A stretch of DNA of 64,000 bases from contig CAVPPB010000001.1 of the NCBI GenBank assembly GCA_963707215.1, positions 544,001 to 608,000 of the forward strand, read 5' to 3'. Position numbers and translations under genes: made by a program. Position 1 is the first letter of the stretch. Each line of letters begins with the position of its first letter. Under the pieces are notes generated by a model that saw nothing but the letters and a program-made list of their open reading frames with translations, was not told where the DNA came from and ran no database searches. The DNA is from an uncultured Chloroflexia bacterium (GTDB taxonomy: Bacteria; Chloroflexota; Limnocylindria; Limnocylindrales; CSP1-4). Of this stretch, positions 19,151 through 29,334 are shown piece by piece.

Positions 19151-20029
19151 TCAGGCGACGAAGGCGACCGTGGCGTAGCCGACGACACGGTCGGGCCCCG
19201 TGCCGGCATCGGCCGAGGTCGCCGTCCGAAGGACGACGCCGCGCCTCGCTCCCAGCGCCCGGACGGTCGCGATCGCGAGCAGGATCGGCTCCAGGCCGCA
19301 GGCGCCACAGGCGACGCCTGGGACCGTCCCTCGGCGGTACTCGTGCTCCCGGCGGGCGAGCTCGGGGGCGTCGAGCGCGACGATCGGCTCGAGGATCGCG
19401 TCGTCGACCGCCCGCGCCGTGGGGTCGTCAGGGTAATGGGCCAGGTCCGACGTGGCGACGATCACCGGGACCGGCCGCCCCGGCTCCGCCTGGCGGAAGG
19501 CCAGAAAGGCCCCGGCCAGGCGCTCGCCGGCCTCGGCCAGGCCGCCGCGCTCGTGGAAGCCGACGAGCAGGGGCACGAACCCACGTCCCAGCTCGACGAG
19601 GAACGGCAGCTGGACCTCCAGGGAGTGCTCTTCGCGGTGGACGTCGGTGTCGGGCCGGTAGGGCCCCCCGAGGCGGAGGATGGCCCTGGCCAGGTGCGAG
19701 TCGACGGGGACCTCGCCGAGCGGGCAGGCCCAGGCGCCGTCCGGCCAGACCCCGATGGCGTCGTAGCCTGGGACCCAGTGGTTCGTCCCGGCGAGGACCA
19801 CCGGCCGAGCTCGGTCGGCGACCAGGAGACCCCACCCGACGGCGGCGACAGCTCCCGAGTAGGCCAGCCCGGCGTGCGGCACCAAGAGTCCCAGGAGCCG
19901 GCCCTCGAGGGGCGGCGGCTCCCCGGCGGTCGCCCGGATGTCGGCCAGGAGGCGACGGAGCGAGCCTGGGTCCCTGGGGTAGAAGCTGCCGGCATGCATC
20001 GGCGGCCGGACCGCCCCGTGCATGATCAT
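19151..20029 (-). CDS. amrB: AmmeMemoRadiSam system protein B (MEMO1 family)
   Basis: AGSFYP, PHAGLAYSG, EEHSLEVQLPFL, SDLAHY, ACG, VVGY. Confidence 0.9.
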   Translation of the reverse strand: MIMHGAVRPPMHAGSFYPRDPGSLRRLLADIRATAGEPPPLEGRLLGLLVPHAGLAYSGAVAAVGWGLLVADRARPVVLAGTNHWVPGYDAIGVWPDGAWACPLGEVPVDSHLARAILRLGGPYRPDTDVHREEHSLEVQLPFLVELGRGFVPLLVGFHERGGLAEAGERLAGAFLAFRQAEPGRPVPVIVATSDLAHYPDDPTARAVDDAILEPIVALDAPELARREHEYRRGTVPGVACGACGLEPILLAIATVRALGARRGVVLRTATSADAGTGPDRVVGYATVAFVA

Positions 20030-21159
20030 GTCCCCCTCCCGCCGGCCGCGGCAAGGCCGATGCCGGCTAGCTTGCGCCCGCAGGATGGACAGCCACCATC
20101 GAGCAGGTCGATCCGGGACGTGCGGAAGCCGGTCCGCCGGATCAGCGGTCGGCCGCAGCCGGCGCAGCGAGTGTCCTCCAGGCCCGACTCCGCGAGATTG
20201 CCGGCGTAGACGTGGGCCAGGCCGCTGCGGCGCCCGATGTCGACGGCCCGCAGGACCGAGGCCCGCGGCGTGGGTGGGACAGCCGCCATCCGGTGGGCCG
20301 GATGGAAGCGACTCACGTGCCACGGGGTCTCCGGCCCCAGCTCGGTCCCGATCCACTCGGCGATGGCGGTCAGCTGGGGCTCGTCGTCGGTGAGGCCCGG
20401 GATCAGGAGCGTCGTCACCTCGACCCAGATGCCGGCCCGGCGCATCCCCACGAGCGTCTCGAGGACCGGCGCCAGGCGGGCGCCGACGATCCGTCGGTAG
20501 ACCGCATCCGAGAAGCCCTTGAGGTCGACGTTCGCCGCATCGCACACCGGCGCCAGGAGCTCGATCGCCTCGGCCGTCTGGTAGCCGTTGGTGACCAGGA
20601 CGTTGCCCAGGCCGGCGGCCCGGGCAAGTCGCGCCGTGTCGTACGCGTACTCGAGGAACACCGTCGGCTCCACGTAGGTGTAGGAGATCGAGCGCGCCCC
20701 TGACGCCAGGGCTCCTTCCACGACCGCGTCCGGGGGGAGCGTCGTCGCCAGCGGCACGAGCTCCTCGCGCTCCGCCTGGGCGATCTCCCAGTTCTGGCAG
20801 AAGCGGCAGTGGAAGTTGCAGCCCCTGGTGGCGATGGAGTACGAGGCAGTCCCGGGCCAGGCGTGGAAGAGCGGCTTCTTCTCGATGGGCTCGGTGTGGA
20901 CGGCGACCGCCTCACCGTAGACGAGGGTCATCAGTCGGCCGCCGGCGTTGGCCCGCACCCCGCAGATGCCCCGCCGGTCCAGCCGGATCAGGCATCGATG
21001 GGCGCAGGCGTGGCAGCGCACGGCCCCGTCGGCCAGCACCTCGCCGAGGCGGGCCGGTGCCACGCCCCGGGCCGGGAGATCGTGGACGCGACCGCGACCG
21101 AGCCGAACCTCGGGTCGACTCGTGTAGGCGGTCGGCGGGCCCCCGGGGTGGATCGCCAT
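20026..21159 (-). CDS. amrS: AmmeMemoRadiSam system radical SAM enzyme
   Basis: CHACAHRC, GICGVR, PIEKKPLFH, GCNFHCRFCQN (CxxxCxxC), HVSRFHP, C-terminal CxxC pair; start uncertain. Confidence 0.9.
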   Translation of the reverse strand: MAIHPGGPPTAYTSRPEVRLGRGRVHDLPARGVAPARLGEVLADGAVRCHACAHRCLIRLDRRGICGVRANAGGRLMTLVYGEAVAVHTEPIEKKPLFHAWPGTASYSIATRGCNFHCRFCQNWEIAQAEREELVPLATTLPPDAVVEGALASGARSISYTYVEPTVFLEYAYDTARLARAAGLGNVLVTNGYQTAEAIELLAPVCDAANVDLKGFSDAVYRRIVGARLAPVLETLVGMRRAGIWVEVTTLLIPGLTDDEPQLTAIAEWIGTELGPETPWHVSRFHPAHRMAAVPPTPRASVLRAVDIGRRSGLAHVYAGNLAESGLEDTRCAGCGRPLIRRTGFRTSRIDLLDGGCPSCGRKLAGIGLAAAGGRGT

Positions 21160-21269
21160 GCGGGCAACGCTGCGCGACCGGCAGGCGCGCGACAAGAGCC
21201 GAACCTACCTCGAGAGGGCACGTCGGGCCGGGCCGGCGATATCGACGGTCTCGCCGGGGAAGAGCGGGT

Positions 21270-22802
21270 TCAGCCCTTGATGACGGCCAGTGGACGGAGA
21301 CGGGCGACCGAAGTGATCAGGCCGGCGATCCCGGCGGTCCGGACGACCGCCTCGACGTCCTTGTAGGCGATCGATGCCTCCTCGGCGAGCAGGTCGCGTC
21401 GCTCGGCCCGGACGATGATCCCGGCCGCGGCCAGCTGGGCCGCCACGTCGATCCCTCGAAGCTCGCGGCTGGCGGCGTGCCGCGAGAGGTTCCTTCCCGC
21501 TCCGTGACAGGATGACCCGAACGCATCGGCCATCGAACCGGGCGCGCCCGCGGCGACGTACGAGGCACGGCCCATGTCCCCGGGGATCAGGACCGGCTGG
21601 CCCACAGCCCGGTAGGGTTCGGGCACGTCGGGATGGCCGGCCGGGAAGGCGCGCGTGGCGCCCTTGCGATGGACGCAGACTCGCCGGTCGCGCCCGGCGA
21701 CCCGGTGGGTCTCCAGCTTGGCGATGTTGTGGGACAGGTCGTAGACCTGACGGAGCCCGAGCGACGCCGCGGACGCGCCCAGGACCCGCTCCATCGCGAT
21801 CCTGACATGGTCGACGATGAGCTGGCGGTTGGCCCAGGCGAAGTTGGCGGCAGCCGCCATCGCGCCGAGGTAGGCGGTCGCCTCCGGGGATCCCAGCGGG
21901 GCGCAGGCCAGCTGGCGATCGGGGAGCTGGATCCCGAACCGCGACAGGGCTGCGTCCATCGTGGCGACGTGATCGGTGCAGACCTGGTGACCAAGGCCCC
22001 GCGATCCGCAGTGGACCATCACCGTGACCGCGCCCGCCTCCAGGCCGAAGGCCGCGGCGGCGATCGGATCGTCGATCCGGTCGACGACCTGCAGCTCCAG
22101 GAAGTGGTTCCCGGAACCGAGCGTCCCGAGCTGATCAGCCCCCCGCTCGCGGGCCCGCGGGCTGACCGCCGCCGGATCCGCCCCGGCAAGGCGACCCTCC
22201 TCCTCGGTCCGGGCAAGGTCGTCGTCCGTGCCGTGACCGCGAGCGACGGCCCAGGCCGCGCCCTCGCGGAGGACCGCGTCGAGCTCTTCGCCGCGCAGCT
22301 TCCGGCCAAGGCGAGCTCCGACCCCGGACGGCACGGCCCGGAAGAGCTCATCGGCCAGTGCCGCCAGGCGCGGCCGGACATCGTCCTCGGCAAGGTCCGA
22401 GCGCAGCAGCCGGACGCCGCAGTTGATGTCGAAGCCGATGCCGCCGGGGCTGATCACCCCGTCGTGGGCGTCCATGGCGGCGACCCCACCCACCGGGAAG
22501 CCGTAGCCCCAGTGCACGTCGGGCATCGCCAGCGACGCTCCGATGATGCCGGGCAGGGTCGCCACGTCAGCGACCTGCACGAGAGCGGGATCGCCACGAA
22601 GCGGCCGGATGAGGGTGTCGTCGGCGAAGACGAGGCCCTCGACCCGCATCGCCCGAGCCTCGTCCCTGGGGATCCGCCAGCGGACCTCGTCCAGCCGCTC
22701 CAGGGCGGGAACCGCCCGGGACGATCGCGGCCCGGCCGGACCAGCCGACCGCGGACGATCCCGCGGGCGGCGGCTCTCCCGGCGACCGTGGCGTGCCATC
22801 AC
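21270..22802 (-). CDS. rtcB: RtcB RNA ligase
   Basis: MPDVHWGYGFPVG, DINCG, GTLGSGNHFLE, HCGSRG, HNIAK, HRKGAT, HGAGR. Confidence 0.96.
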   Translation of the reverse strand: MMARHGRRESRRPRDRPRSAGPAGPRSSRAVPALERLDEVRWRIPRDEARAMRVEGLVFADDTLIRPLRGDPALVQVADVATLPGIIGASLAMPDVHWGYGFPVGGVAAMDAHDGVISPGGIGFDINCGVRLLRSDLAEDDVRPRLAALADELFRAVPSGVGARLGRKLRGEELDAVLREGAAWAVARGHGTDDDLARTEEEGRLAGADPAAVSPRARERGADQLGTLGSGNHFLELQVVDRIDDPIAAAAFGLEAGAVTVMVHCGSRGLGHQVCTDHVATMDAALSRFGIQLPDRQLACAPLGSPEATAYLGAMAAAANFAWANRQLIVDHVRIAMERVLGASAASLGLRQVYDLSHNIAKLETHRVAGRDRRVCVHRKGATRAFPAGHPDVPEPYRAVGQPVLIPGDMGRASYVAAGAPGSMADAFGSSCHGAGRNLSRHAASRELRGIDVAAQLAAAGIIVRAERRDLLAEEASIAYKDVEAVVRTAGIAGLITSVARLRPLAVIKG

Positions 22803-23287
22803 ACGTCCAGGTAGGCGGTGAGGATCCAGCCCGACGCCCCATCGGACTCGACCGCGAGGCCGTGATAGGTCGCCGACTTCACGTCGGCTCGGCGCAGGAT
22901 CCGCACGCCGTCGAACGGCTCGGTGACGATCGACGCCTCGAGCTCCCAGGTCCCGGCCGAGGTCGTCTCGATCCTCGACACGTTCACGCCGACGAGCGCG
23001 CCGTCGACGTCGATCGTGCCCACCAGCTCGTTGAGCCAGGCGTAGGCCAGGGCGACCGGGTCCCGGCCGGCCAGGCGAACGGTCCGCTCCGTCCTCGGCT
23101 CGCTCGGGCCATCGGAGGCCGCACCTGACCGAGCGTCCCGTCGCTCGGCGGCGAGGTCGGCCAGGGCCAGCCCGGCCTCCTCGAAGACGGCGACGAGGTC
23201 GGGGCCGCGCGCCTGGACGCCGACGTCCGCCGTGTGGGGCAGGACCCGGTGGCCCCGCCCGGTCGAGCGGCGCCCGCCCGCGGTCAC
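22799..23287 (-). CDS. Archease (RtcB cofactor)
   Basis: HTADVG N-terminus, VKSATYH, C-terminal LDV; coupled to rtcB. Confidence 0.92.
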   Translation of the reverse strand: MTAGGRRSTGRGHRVLPHTADVGVQARGPDLVAVFEEAGLALADLAAERRDARSGAASDGPSEPRTERTVRLAGRDPVALAYAWLNELVGTIDVDGALVGVNVSRIETTSAGTWELEASIVTEPFDGVRILRRADVKSATYHGLAVESDGASGWILTAYLDV

Positions 23288-23478
23288 TCGCCCGTCGGGG
23301 GATCCACCGGCCAGCTGCGGGTCAGGCCATCGGGCGACTCGTAGCCACCGTCGGCCCGGAGGTGCCAGTCCTCGCCCGGCTCGGTGTACTCGGTGCGCTG
23401 CCAGCCCTCCGGCGTGAGGACGAAGGTGTCTCCCGGCTCCGGCGCGTCGTCGTGGGCGCTGGACAGGGCGTCGGTCAT
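23284..23478 (-). CDS. Small hypothetical protein (64 aa) leading the archease-rtcB operon
   Basis: GGAGG RBS before ATG 23478; stop overlaps the archease GTG; codons mostly end in G/C. Confidence 0.6.
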   Translation of the reverse strand: MTDALSSAHDDAPEPGDTFVLTPEGWQRTEYTEPGEDWHLRADGGYESPDGLTRSWPVDPPTGE

Positions 23479-23581
23479 GTCGTCCCTCCGCTGCAAGGCT
23501 CGACGGATGGACCCAGCATGCCCCAGACGTTCGGCGGTGGGAAGAGCCGGCCGACCCGGATGCCGCGTGGCCCCGGGCGGA

Positions 23582-23629
23582 CCCGGTCGGTCGGGACCGG
23601 CGGCCCGGTCGGTCGGGACCGAGGGGACC
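23582..23629. promoter_or_regulatory. DosR-type boxes within a direct repeat of 22-bp period in a divergent promoter
   Basis: CCCGGTCGGTCGGGACC at 23582 and 23604; GGGAC-CGGC-GGCCC at 23593-23606. Confidence 0.55.
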
Positions 23630-23691
23630 TCGGGGATCCCGAGCTCAGCGGGGATACTGGTGCGGCCTGGCCGGTCCCGCTCGGAGGCCCG

Positions 23692-24729
23692 ATGACCGAC
23701 GCCGTGTCACTCGCGACCCCGCTGCTCCTGTTCGGGGCGTCCTCGCTCCTGGTCATCGGATCCGGCGTGGTCCTCGCGCGCGAAGGCGACCAGATCGCCC
23801 ACCGGACCAAGCTGGGTGGCATCGGGGTCGGCGCCTTTCTCCTCGCCGGCGCGACATCGTTGCCCGAGATCGCCACGGACATCTCCGCGTCACTCGCCGA
23901 CGCCCCGGACCTCGCCGTCGGCGACCTGTTCGGGTCGAGCATGGCGAACATGGCGATCCTCGCGGTGATCGACCTCATCCATCGGGGACGCGTCTGGCCG
24001 AGCGTCGGCATCGGCCATGCGCGACTGGCGGCGGTGGCCATCGCCCTGACGTCGATGGCCGTCCTCGGGATCCTGGCCGGCGGCGGGATGTCGATCGGCT
24101 GGGTCGGGGTCGTGCCCGTGGCCATCGCGACCGCCTACGCGGCGGCAGCGCTGTGGATGCGGCGAACCAGCGGCGAAGGTCGTAACGCTGAGGAGCGCCC
24201 GAGGGACAAGGAGATCATCGAGCCGATCGGCTGGGCGGCCGAGGAGCAGGCGACGCCGCTGCGGATCATCGCGCTGCGCTTCGCCGCCGCCGCCCTCGTG
24301 GTGCTCGTCTCGGCGCCGATCCTGGCCGTGTCAGCCAAGTCGATCGCCGATCAGACGGGGATCGGCCAGACCTTCGTGGGGACGGTGCTCCTGGCGGCCT
24401 CCACGTCGCTCCCGGAGCTGGTCGCTTCTCTTGCGGCCGTCAGGATCGGCGCCTACGACCTCGCGGTCGGCAACCTCTTCGGCAGCAACGCGTTCAACAT
24501 GGTGGCTCTCCTGGCGGCTGACATCGCCTATCTGCCCGGACCGATCCTGGCCGCCGTCGAGTCGGTCCAGGCGATCGCCGGCATCGGGGCGATCCTGCTC
24601 ATGGCGCTCGCCCTGATGGCCGTCGTCCACGGCGCGCGGACCCGGCTACGAAGGCTGGAGCCTGATGCGCTCCTCGTCCTCATCACCTGGGTCGCGCTCC
24701 TCGTGATCATCTACGCCAGCGAGCCATGA
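23692..24729 (+). CDS. Na+/Ca2+ exchanger (CaCA/YrbG family)
   Basis: Two alpha repeats (ATSLPEI...GDLFGSS and STSLPEL...GNLFGSN); about 10 TM segments. Confidence 0.92.
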   Translation: MTDAVSLATPLLLFGASSLLVIGSGVVLAREGDQIAHRTKLGGIGVGAFLLAGATSLPEIATDISASLADAPDLAVGDLFGSSMANMAILAVIDLIHRGRVWPSVGIGHARLAAVAIALTSMAVLGILAGGGMSIGWVGVVPVAIATAYAAAALWMRRTSGEGRNAEERPRDKEIIEPIGWAAEEQATPLRIIALRFAAAALVVLVSAPILAVSAKSIADQTGIGQTFVGTVLLAASTSLPELVASLAAVRIGAYDLAVGNLFGSNAFNMVALLAADIAYLPGPILAAVESVQAIAGIGAILLMALALMAVVHGARTRLRRLEPDALLVLITWVALLVIIYASEP

Positions 24730-27428
24730 CGTCCGACCCGACCGCTCCGCAGCCGGTCGCTACGCCGCTCGTGGAGCATCCGTGGACCCTGCCGGCCGCT
24801 GATGTCACCGAGCGCTTGGGCAGCGACGCCGAGGTGGGGCTGGATGCGGGAGCCGCCACTGACCGCCTGGCCCGCTACGGCCCGAACTCGCTCATGGAGC
24901 GGAAGGGCGTGCCGGTCTGGCGCCGCTTCCTCGAGCAGTTCGCCAACGCGATGATCCTCGTCCTCCTCGCGGCGGCCGCGGTGACGACGCTCATCGGCGA
25001 TCTCAAGGACACCGTCGTGATCCTGGCGATCGTGCTCCTCAACGCGGTCATCGGCTTCGTCCAGGAGTACCGCGCCGAGCAGGCGATGGCGGCCCTCAAG
25101 AGGATGACCAGCCCGACCTCGGTCGTCGTGCGGGACGGTCGTCCGGAGGCGGTGCCCGCCGAGACCCTCGTGCCGGGGGATGTCGTCAGGCTCGAGGCCG
25201 GCGACGTGGTCACCGCCGACCTCCGGCTCCTCGAGACGCGGGCCCTGCGGATCAACGAGGCGGCCCTGACCGGCGAGTCCGAGCCGGCGGAGAAGACGAG
25301 CAGCCCTCTTCCGGAGGTCAGCGAGGCGGTCCTCGCGGACCAACGGAACATGGCCTTCAGCGGGACCGCGGTGACCTACGGGCGGGGTCGCGGCGTCGTG
25401 GTAGCGACCGGCATGAGCACGGCCCTCGGGCGCGTCGCCTCGCTGCTCCAGGAGGGACCGGCGGGCCGGACGCCGCTTCAGCGACGTCTCGACGGGTTGG
25501 GTCGCTGGCTGGCGGTCCTCGCGCTGGGCGTGTGCACGCTCGTCTTCGTTGCCGGCATCCTCCGGGGCGAGCCGGCGGACGTGATGTTCCTGACCGCCGT
25601 CAGCCTCGCCGTCGCCGCCATCCCCGAGGGCCTCCCGGCCGTGGTCACGATCGCCCTCGCCCTCGGAGCCCGGAGGATGGCCCGTCGCGAGGCGCTGATC
25701 CGCAAGCTGCCGGCCGTCGAGACGCTGGGCTCGGTCACCGTGGTCTGCTCCGACAAGACCGGCACCCTGACCGAGAACCGGATGCTCGTCGAGCGGGTCT
25801 GGACCCCGAACGCCGAATACACGGTCACCGGTGACGGCTACGCGCCCGACGGCACCATCGACCCCGATCCCTCCGCGGACGAGGGCTTCGCGTCGCTCGT
25901 CCGGGTTGCCGCGGCCTGCAACGACGCCTCGCTCCGCGGGCCCACCACGGCCGGCGGGGCGTGGGGCGTCACGGGCGATCCGACCGAGGGGGCACTCCTT
26001 GCGCTGGCCGCCAAGTCGAGCGTGGGGGACGCGTTCGATCCTGATCATCCCAGACGGATCGAGGAGCTGACCTTCGATGCCGATCGACGCCGGATGGCCA
26101 CCTTCCATGACGCCGACGACGGCGTCTGGGTGGCCGTCAAGGGAGCGCTGGAGTCAGTGGGCCCCCTCGTCGACGCGAGCGAGCGCGACGTGGTCGCCGC
26201 CGCCGAGCGTCGGGCCGGCGAGCTCGCGGCGGACGGGTTCCGCGTGCTGGCGCTCGCCGAGCGGACCGTGTCGAGCGTACCGACACCACCGCAGGCAGCC
26301 GAGCACGACCTTCGGCTGCTGGGCCTGGTCGCCATGGCCGATCCGCCGCGGGCGGCGTCGGCTCCCTCGATCGAAGCGGCCCGCCGAGCCGGCATCCGGC
26401 CGGTGATGATCACCGGCGACCACCCGCTGACGGCCTCGGCGATCGCCCGCCGCATCGGCCTGCTGGAAGGTGAGGTCCGGGTGCTCACCGGAGCTGAGCT
26501 GGCGGACCTCGACGAGGTGACCTTCCGGGTCCTCGTGGAGGACGTCGCCGTATACGCCAGGACCAGCCCCGAGCAGAAGGTCCGCATCGTCGACGCGCTC
26601 CAGCGTCGCGGTGAGGTCGTTGCCATGACCGGTGACGGCGTCAACGACGCGCCGGCCCTTCGCCTGGCCGACATCGGGGTGGCGATGGGGATCATGGGGA
26701 CCGAGGTCTCGAAGGAGGCCGCCGACATGGTCCTGGCCGACGACGACTTCGCGACGATCGTCCGGGCCGTCGAGGAGGGCCGCCGGATCTATGACAACAT
26801 CCGGCGCTTCGTCCGCTATCTGCTGGCCACCAACACGGCCGAGGTCGTCGTCGTCTTCGCGGCACCGTTCCTCGGCCTGCCGCTCCCGCTTCAGCCGGTC
26901 CAGATCCTGTGGATCAACCTGGTGACCGACGGGCCGCCGGCGCTGGCCCTGGGCGTCGAGCCGGTCGAGCCCGATGCGATGAAGCGGCCGCCGCGCCCGC
27001 CGAGTGAGTCCATCCTGGGCCGCGGTCTGTGGCAACGGGCGCTGGCTACGGGACTCCTGATGGCGATGGTCACCCTCGCGGTCCAGGCGCTGGCGATCGC
27101 GCAGGGTTGGGCCTGGCAGACGATGGTCTTCACGACCCTCGCCTTCCTCCAGTTGGCCAACGCCCTGGCGGTCCGGTCCGAGCGTCAGTCGGCCCTGTCG
27201 CTGGGTTGGCGCTCGAACGTCCCGCTGATGGCGGCCGTCGTCGCCATCACGCTGGTCCAGCTGGCACTGATCTACGTGCCGCCGCTGCAACCGGTCTTCG
27301 ACACCGAGGCTCTCGGCCCGATCGAGCTGGCGGTCGTGCTGGTGGCGTCGTCGGTCGGCTTCGTCGCCGTCGAGTTCCAGAAGTGGCTGGAGCGGCGTCT
27401 CGCGGACCGGCGCGGCGTCAGCGCTTGA
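24726..27428 (+). CDS. P-type IIA cation (Ca2+-like) transporting ATPase, CtpF-like
   Basis: [35 protein letters not shown]. Confidence 0.95.
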   Translation: MTSDPTAPQPVATPLVEHPWTLPAADVTERLGSDAEVGLDAGAATDRLARYGPNSLMERKGVPVWRRFLEQFANAMILVLLAAAAVTTLIGDLKDTVVILAIVLLNAVIGFVQEYRAEQAMAALKRMTSPTSVVVRDGRPEAVPAETLVPGDVVRLEAGDVVTADLRLLETRALRINEAALTGESEPAEKTSSPLPEVSEAVLADQRNMAFSGTAVTYGRGRGVVVATGMSTALGRVASLLQEGPAGRTPLQRRLDGLGRWLAVLALGVCTLVFVAGILRGEPADVMFLTAVSLAVAAIPEGLPAVVTIALALGARRMARREALIRKLPAVETLGSVTVVCSDKTGTLTENRMLVERVWTPNAEYTVTGDGYAPDGTIDPDPSADEGFASLVRVAAACNDASLRGPTTAGGAWGVTGDPTEGALLALAAKSSVGDAFDPDHPRRIEELTFDADRRRMATFHDADDGVWVAVKGALESVGPLVDASERDVVAAAERRAGELAADGFRVLALAERTVSSVPTPPQAAEHDLRLLGLVAMADPPRAASAPSIEAARRAGIRPVMITGDHPLTASAIARRIGLLEGEVRVLTGAELADLDEVTFRVLVEDVAVYARTSPEQKVRIVDALQRRGEVVAMTGDGVNDAPALRLADIGVAMGIMGTEVSKEAADMVLADDDFATIVRAVEEGRRIYDNIRRFVRYLLATNTAEVVVVFAAPFLGLPLPLQPVQILWINLVTDGPPALALGVEPVEPDAMKRPPRPPSESILGRGLWQRALATGLLMAMVTLAVQALAIAQGWAWQTMVFTTLAFLQLANALAVRSERQSALSLGWRSNVPLMAAVVAITLVQLALIYVPPLQPVFDTEALGPIELAVVLVASSVGFVAVEFQKWLERRLADRRGVSA

Positions 27429-27783
27429 GCAGCCGGAACAGGACGCCGCGGATCGTCAGGATCACCAGGATCCCCATGAGCGACCCGAAGAGGATCTGAC
27501 GGTTACGGTCGATCGCGGGGACCCACTCGACGTCCTGGCCGCGGATGACGAACGCACCCGCCGGCTTCGCGGTGACGCCGAAACCGACCCCCGATCCCTC
27601 TCCCTCGATGGCGGACTCCCCCGCGGCGCGGGTCGCCGGCGTCACCCCGCTGCCACCGCCGCCCCCGCCCATGACGGACGAAGCGGTGATGACGATGGCG
27701 CCGTCGCGCTCGACCGGCTCCGAGTAGACCGTCGTCGCGGTCATCCCCTCGCGGATCTTGCTGAGCAGCTCGCTGGCATCCAT
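27418..27783 (-). CDS. YtfJ/GerW-like protein
   Basis: VYSEPVERDG, GGGGGGSG, GEGSGVGFG, PAGAFVI, WVPAID, C-terminal TM; AGGAGG RBS. Confidence 0.75.
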   Translation of the reverse strand: MDASELLSKIREGMTATTVYSEPVERDGAIVITASSVMGGGGGGSGVTPATRAAGESAIEGEGSGVGFGVTAKPAGAFVIRGQDVEWVPAIDRNRQILFGSLMGILVILTIRGVLFRLLKR

Positions 27784-27931
27784 AGCGGCACCTCCTGTCC
27801 CAAGCCTACGCCGGCTGGCCCGGGACCGCAGACGGCAGCCTTCGCGATGGGTCGAGCGCTGCCGCGCATCGAGGAGATCGGAAGGGAGCCGGTGCGCTCG
27901 GGATGGATGACCCGGCGCGGCGCGGCGGGTC

Positions 27932-28360
27932 CTAGCTGCCGCGCTCGGCCTCCTCGGCCATCGCCCGGACCAGGTCGCTCGTCGAGACGACACCGATCGG
28001 CAGGCGCTCGTCGTCGTCGGCAACGACCACCAGGCGGTGGACGTGGTGGCGCTCCATCTTCCGGGCCGCGTCGGCCAGCGGTGTCGACCGGAGCACCGTG
28101 ATGGCCGGGCTGGACATCAGGTGACGGACCGAGAGGCCCGGCCAGTTGGCCCACAGGAACTCGGTGGCTCGAGCGCGCAGGAGGTCCGTCTGGGAGAGGA
28201 CGCCCACCAGCAAGCCGCTGCCGTCGACCACGGGCAGGCCGTGGACGTGGTGCTCCTCCATGAGCTTCACCGCATCGCCCAGGGGGGCGTCGCTGCGGAC
28301 GACGACGAGCTCGCCGGCCATGACGTCGCCGACGCTCGAGCCAGGGATGGGATCGGTCAT
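27932..28360 (-). CDS. Tandem CBS domain protein (Hrp1/Rv2626c-like architecture)
   Basis: VGDVM...GLPVVD...GVLSQTDL; HLMS...HRLVVV...GVVSTSDL. Confidence 0.92.
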   Translation of the reverse strand: MTDPIPGSSVGDVMAGELVVVRSDAPLGDAVKLMEEHHVHGLPVVDGSGLLVGVLSQTDLLRARATEFLWANWPGLSVRHLMSSPAITVLRSTPLADAARKMERHHVHRLVVVADDDERLPIGVVSTSDLVRAMAEEAERGS

Positions 28361-28617
28361 CGCGGGGATTCCTCCGGATGGGACGCCGCATCCCGCCGCT
28401 CGGACGGCCCCTGGGCGATCGTCGCCAGGAAGGCCGCCGTCGAGACCGCGAAGGATCCGCCGTCGACGTGGGACGTGGCGGGGCAGGCACGAGCCGCCTC
28501 GGGGATGCGCGTGTCGAGATGGGCGACCGCCTGGGAGCCGACGGCGATCGCCGCCACGTCCGGGGACCGGGGTCCACGGGACGCGCCGAACAGCCCGGAC
28601 GCTGGGGTCGCGGTCAT
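28357..28617 (-). CDS. Hypothetical 86-aa protein, possibly leaderless
   Basis: TACCCT hexamer 6 nt upstream of the ATG; ATGA coupling to the CBS gene; no recognisable domain. Confidence 0.4.
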   Translation of the reverse strand: MTATPASGLFGASRGPRSPDVAAIAVGSQAVAHLDTRIPEAARACPATSHVDGGSFAVSTAAFLATIAQGPSERRDAASHPEESPR

Positions 28618-28653
28618 GCCCCGAGGGTATCCCCGACCGGAGTCACCCGCTGG

Positions 28654-28690
28654 GTGGCCCCGGTCCCGAATCCCGGGGGCCGTTCGGCAC
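28654..28690. promoter_or_regulatory. Paired DosR-type boxes upstream of the CBS operon
   Basis: GTGGC-CCCG-GTCCC (28654) and GGGCC-GTTC-GGCAC (28677). Confidence 0.45.
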
Positions 28691-28746
28691 CGCGCCCTCG
28701 CCCGCCATCCCTGCTCGGGCGTGGCCGTTCGGCGGGCAGGCTCACC

Positions 28747-29334
28747 TCAGCGCCCCGGCAGGGCCTGGACGATGCCTGCCAGCTCCGCGGCGATGCGCTC
28801 AGCGAAGGCGTCCGTCGCCGCGGCGACCGCGGGTGACGGATCGCAGCCGACGTCGAACCGGGCCCCGCCGATCCCCACGAGGACGCCGGGCGGCGGGTCG
28901 CCGCGGAGCGCCGTGGCGAGGGCGACCAGCTGGTCGACCGGCAGGACGTGGCTCGATCGCGGCATGGCCTCCCGGCCGTTCCGCTCGATCCTGCCGGCGG
29001 CCAGGTCGGCCAGCCGCTCGAGCGAAAGGACGACGATCGATCCGGCCGGGATGCCGACGACCGCATCGACGACGATCGCGGCGCCACCGGTGGGCAGCTC
29101 CACGAGGTCGGCGGGGTCGAGCTGGCCGGTCTCGCGGAGCTCGACCAGCTCGCGGGCGGCGCCATCGAGCGCGACGAGGGCACGTCTGGCGGCAGCGAAG
29201 GACACCGAGTCGTCGCCCCGGTGGCGCTCGCCGAGCACGATGATCCGGATCGGGCGCGCGGGGAGGTCGCCCGTCGGACGACCGCCGGCGACGATCCCGG
29301 CCTCGCGGGCCAGGCGACCGAGGGGGTCCTCCAT
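28747..29334 (-). CDS. Hydrogenase maturation protease (group 3b-associated)
   Basis: IIVLGERHRGDD, IVVDAV, SSH motifs; TGATG overlap with the large subunit stop. Confidence 0.8.
   Translation of the reverse strand: MEDPLGRLAREAGIVAGGRPTGDLPARPIRIIVLGERHRGDDSVSFAAARRALVALDGAARELVELRETGQLDPADLVELPTGGAAIVVDAVVGIPAGSIVVLSLERLADLAAGRIERNGREAMPRSSHVLPVDQLVALATALRGDPPPGVLVGIGGARFDVGCDPSPAVAAATDAFAERIAAELAGIVQALPGR

Noticed and set aside
23582-23620. CRISPR-like direct repeat
   Set aside because: Only two 17-bp copies with a 5-bp gap, better explained as tandem regulator sites; no cas genes in the window.
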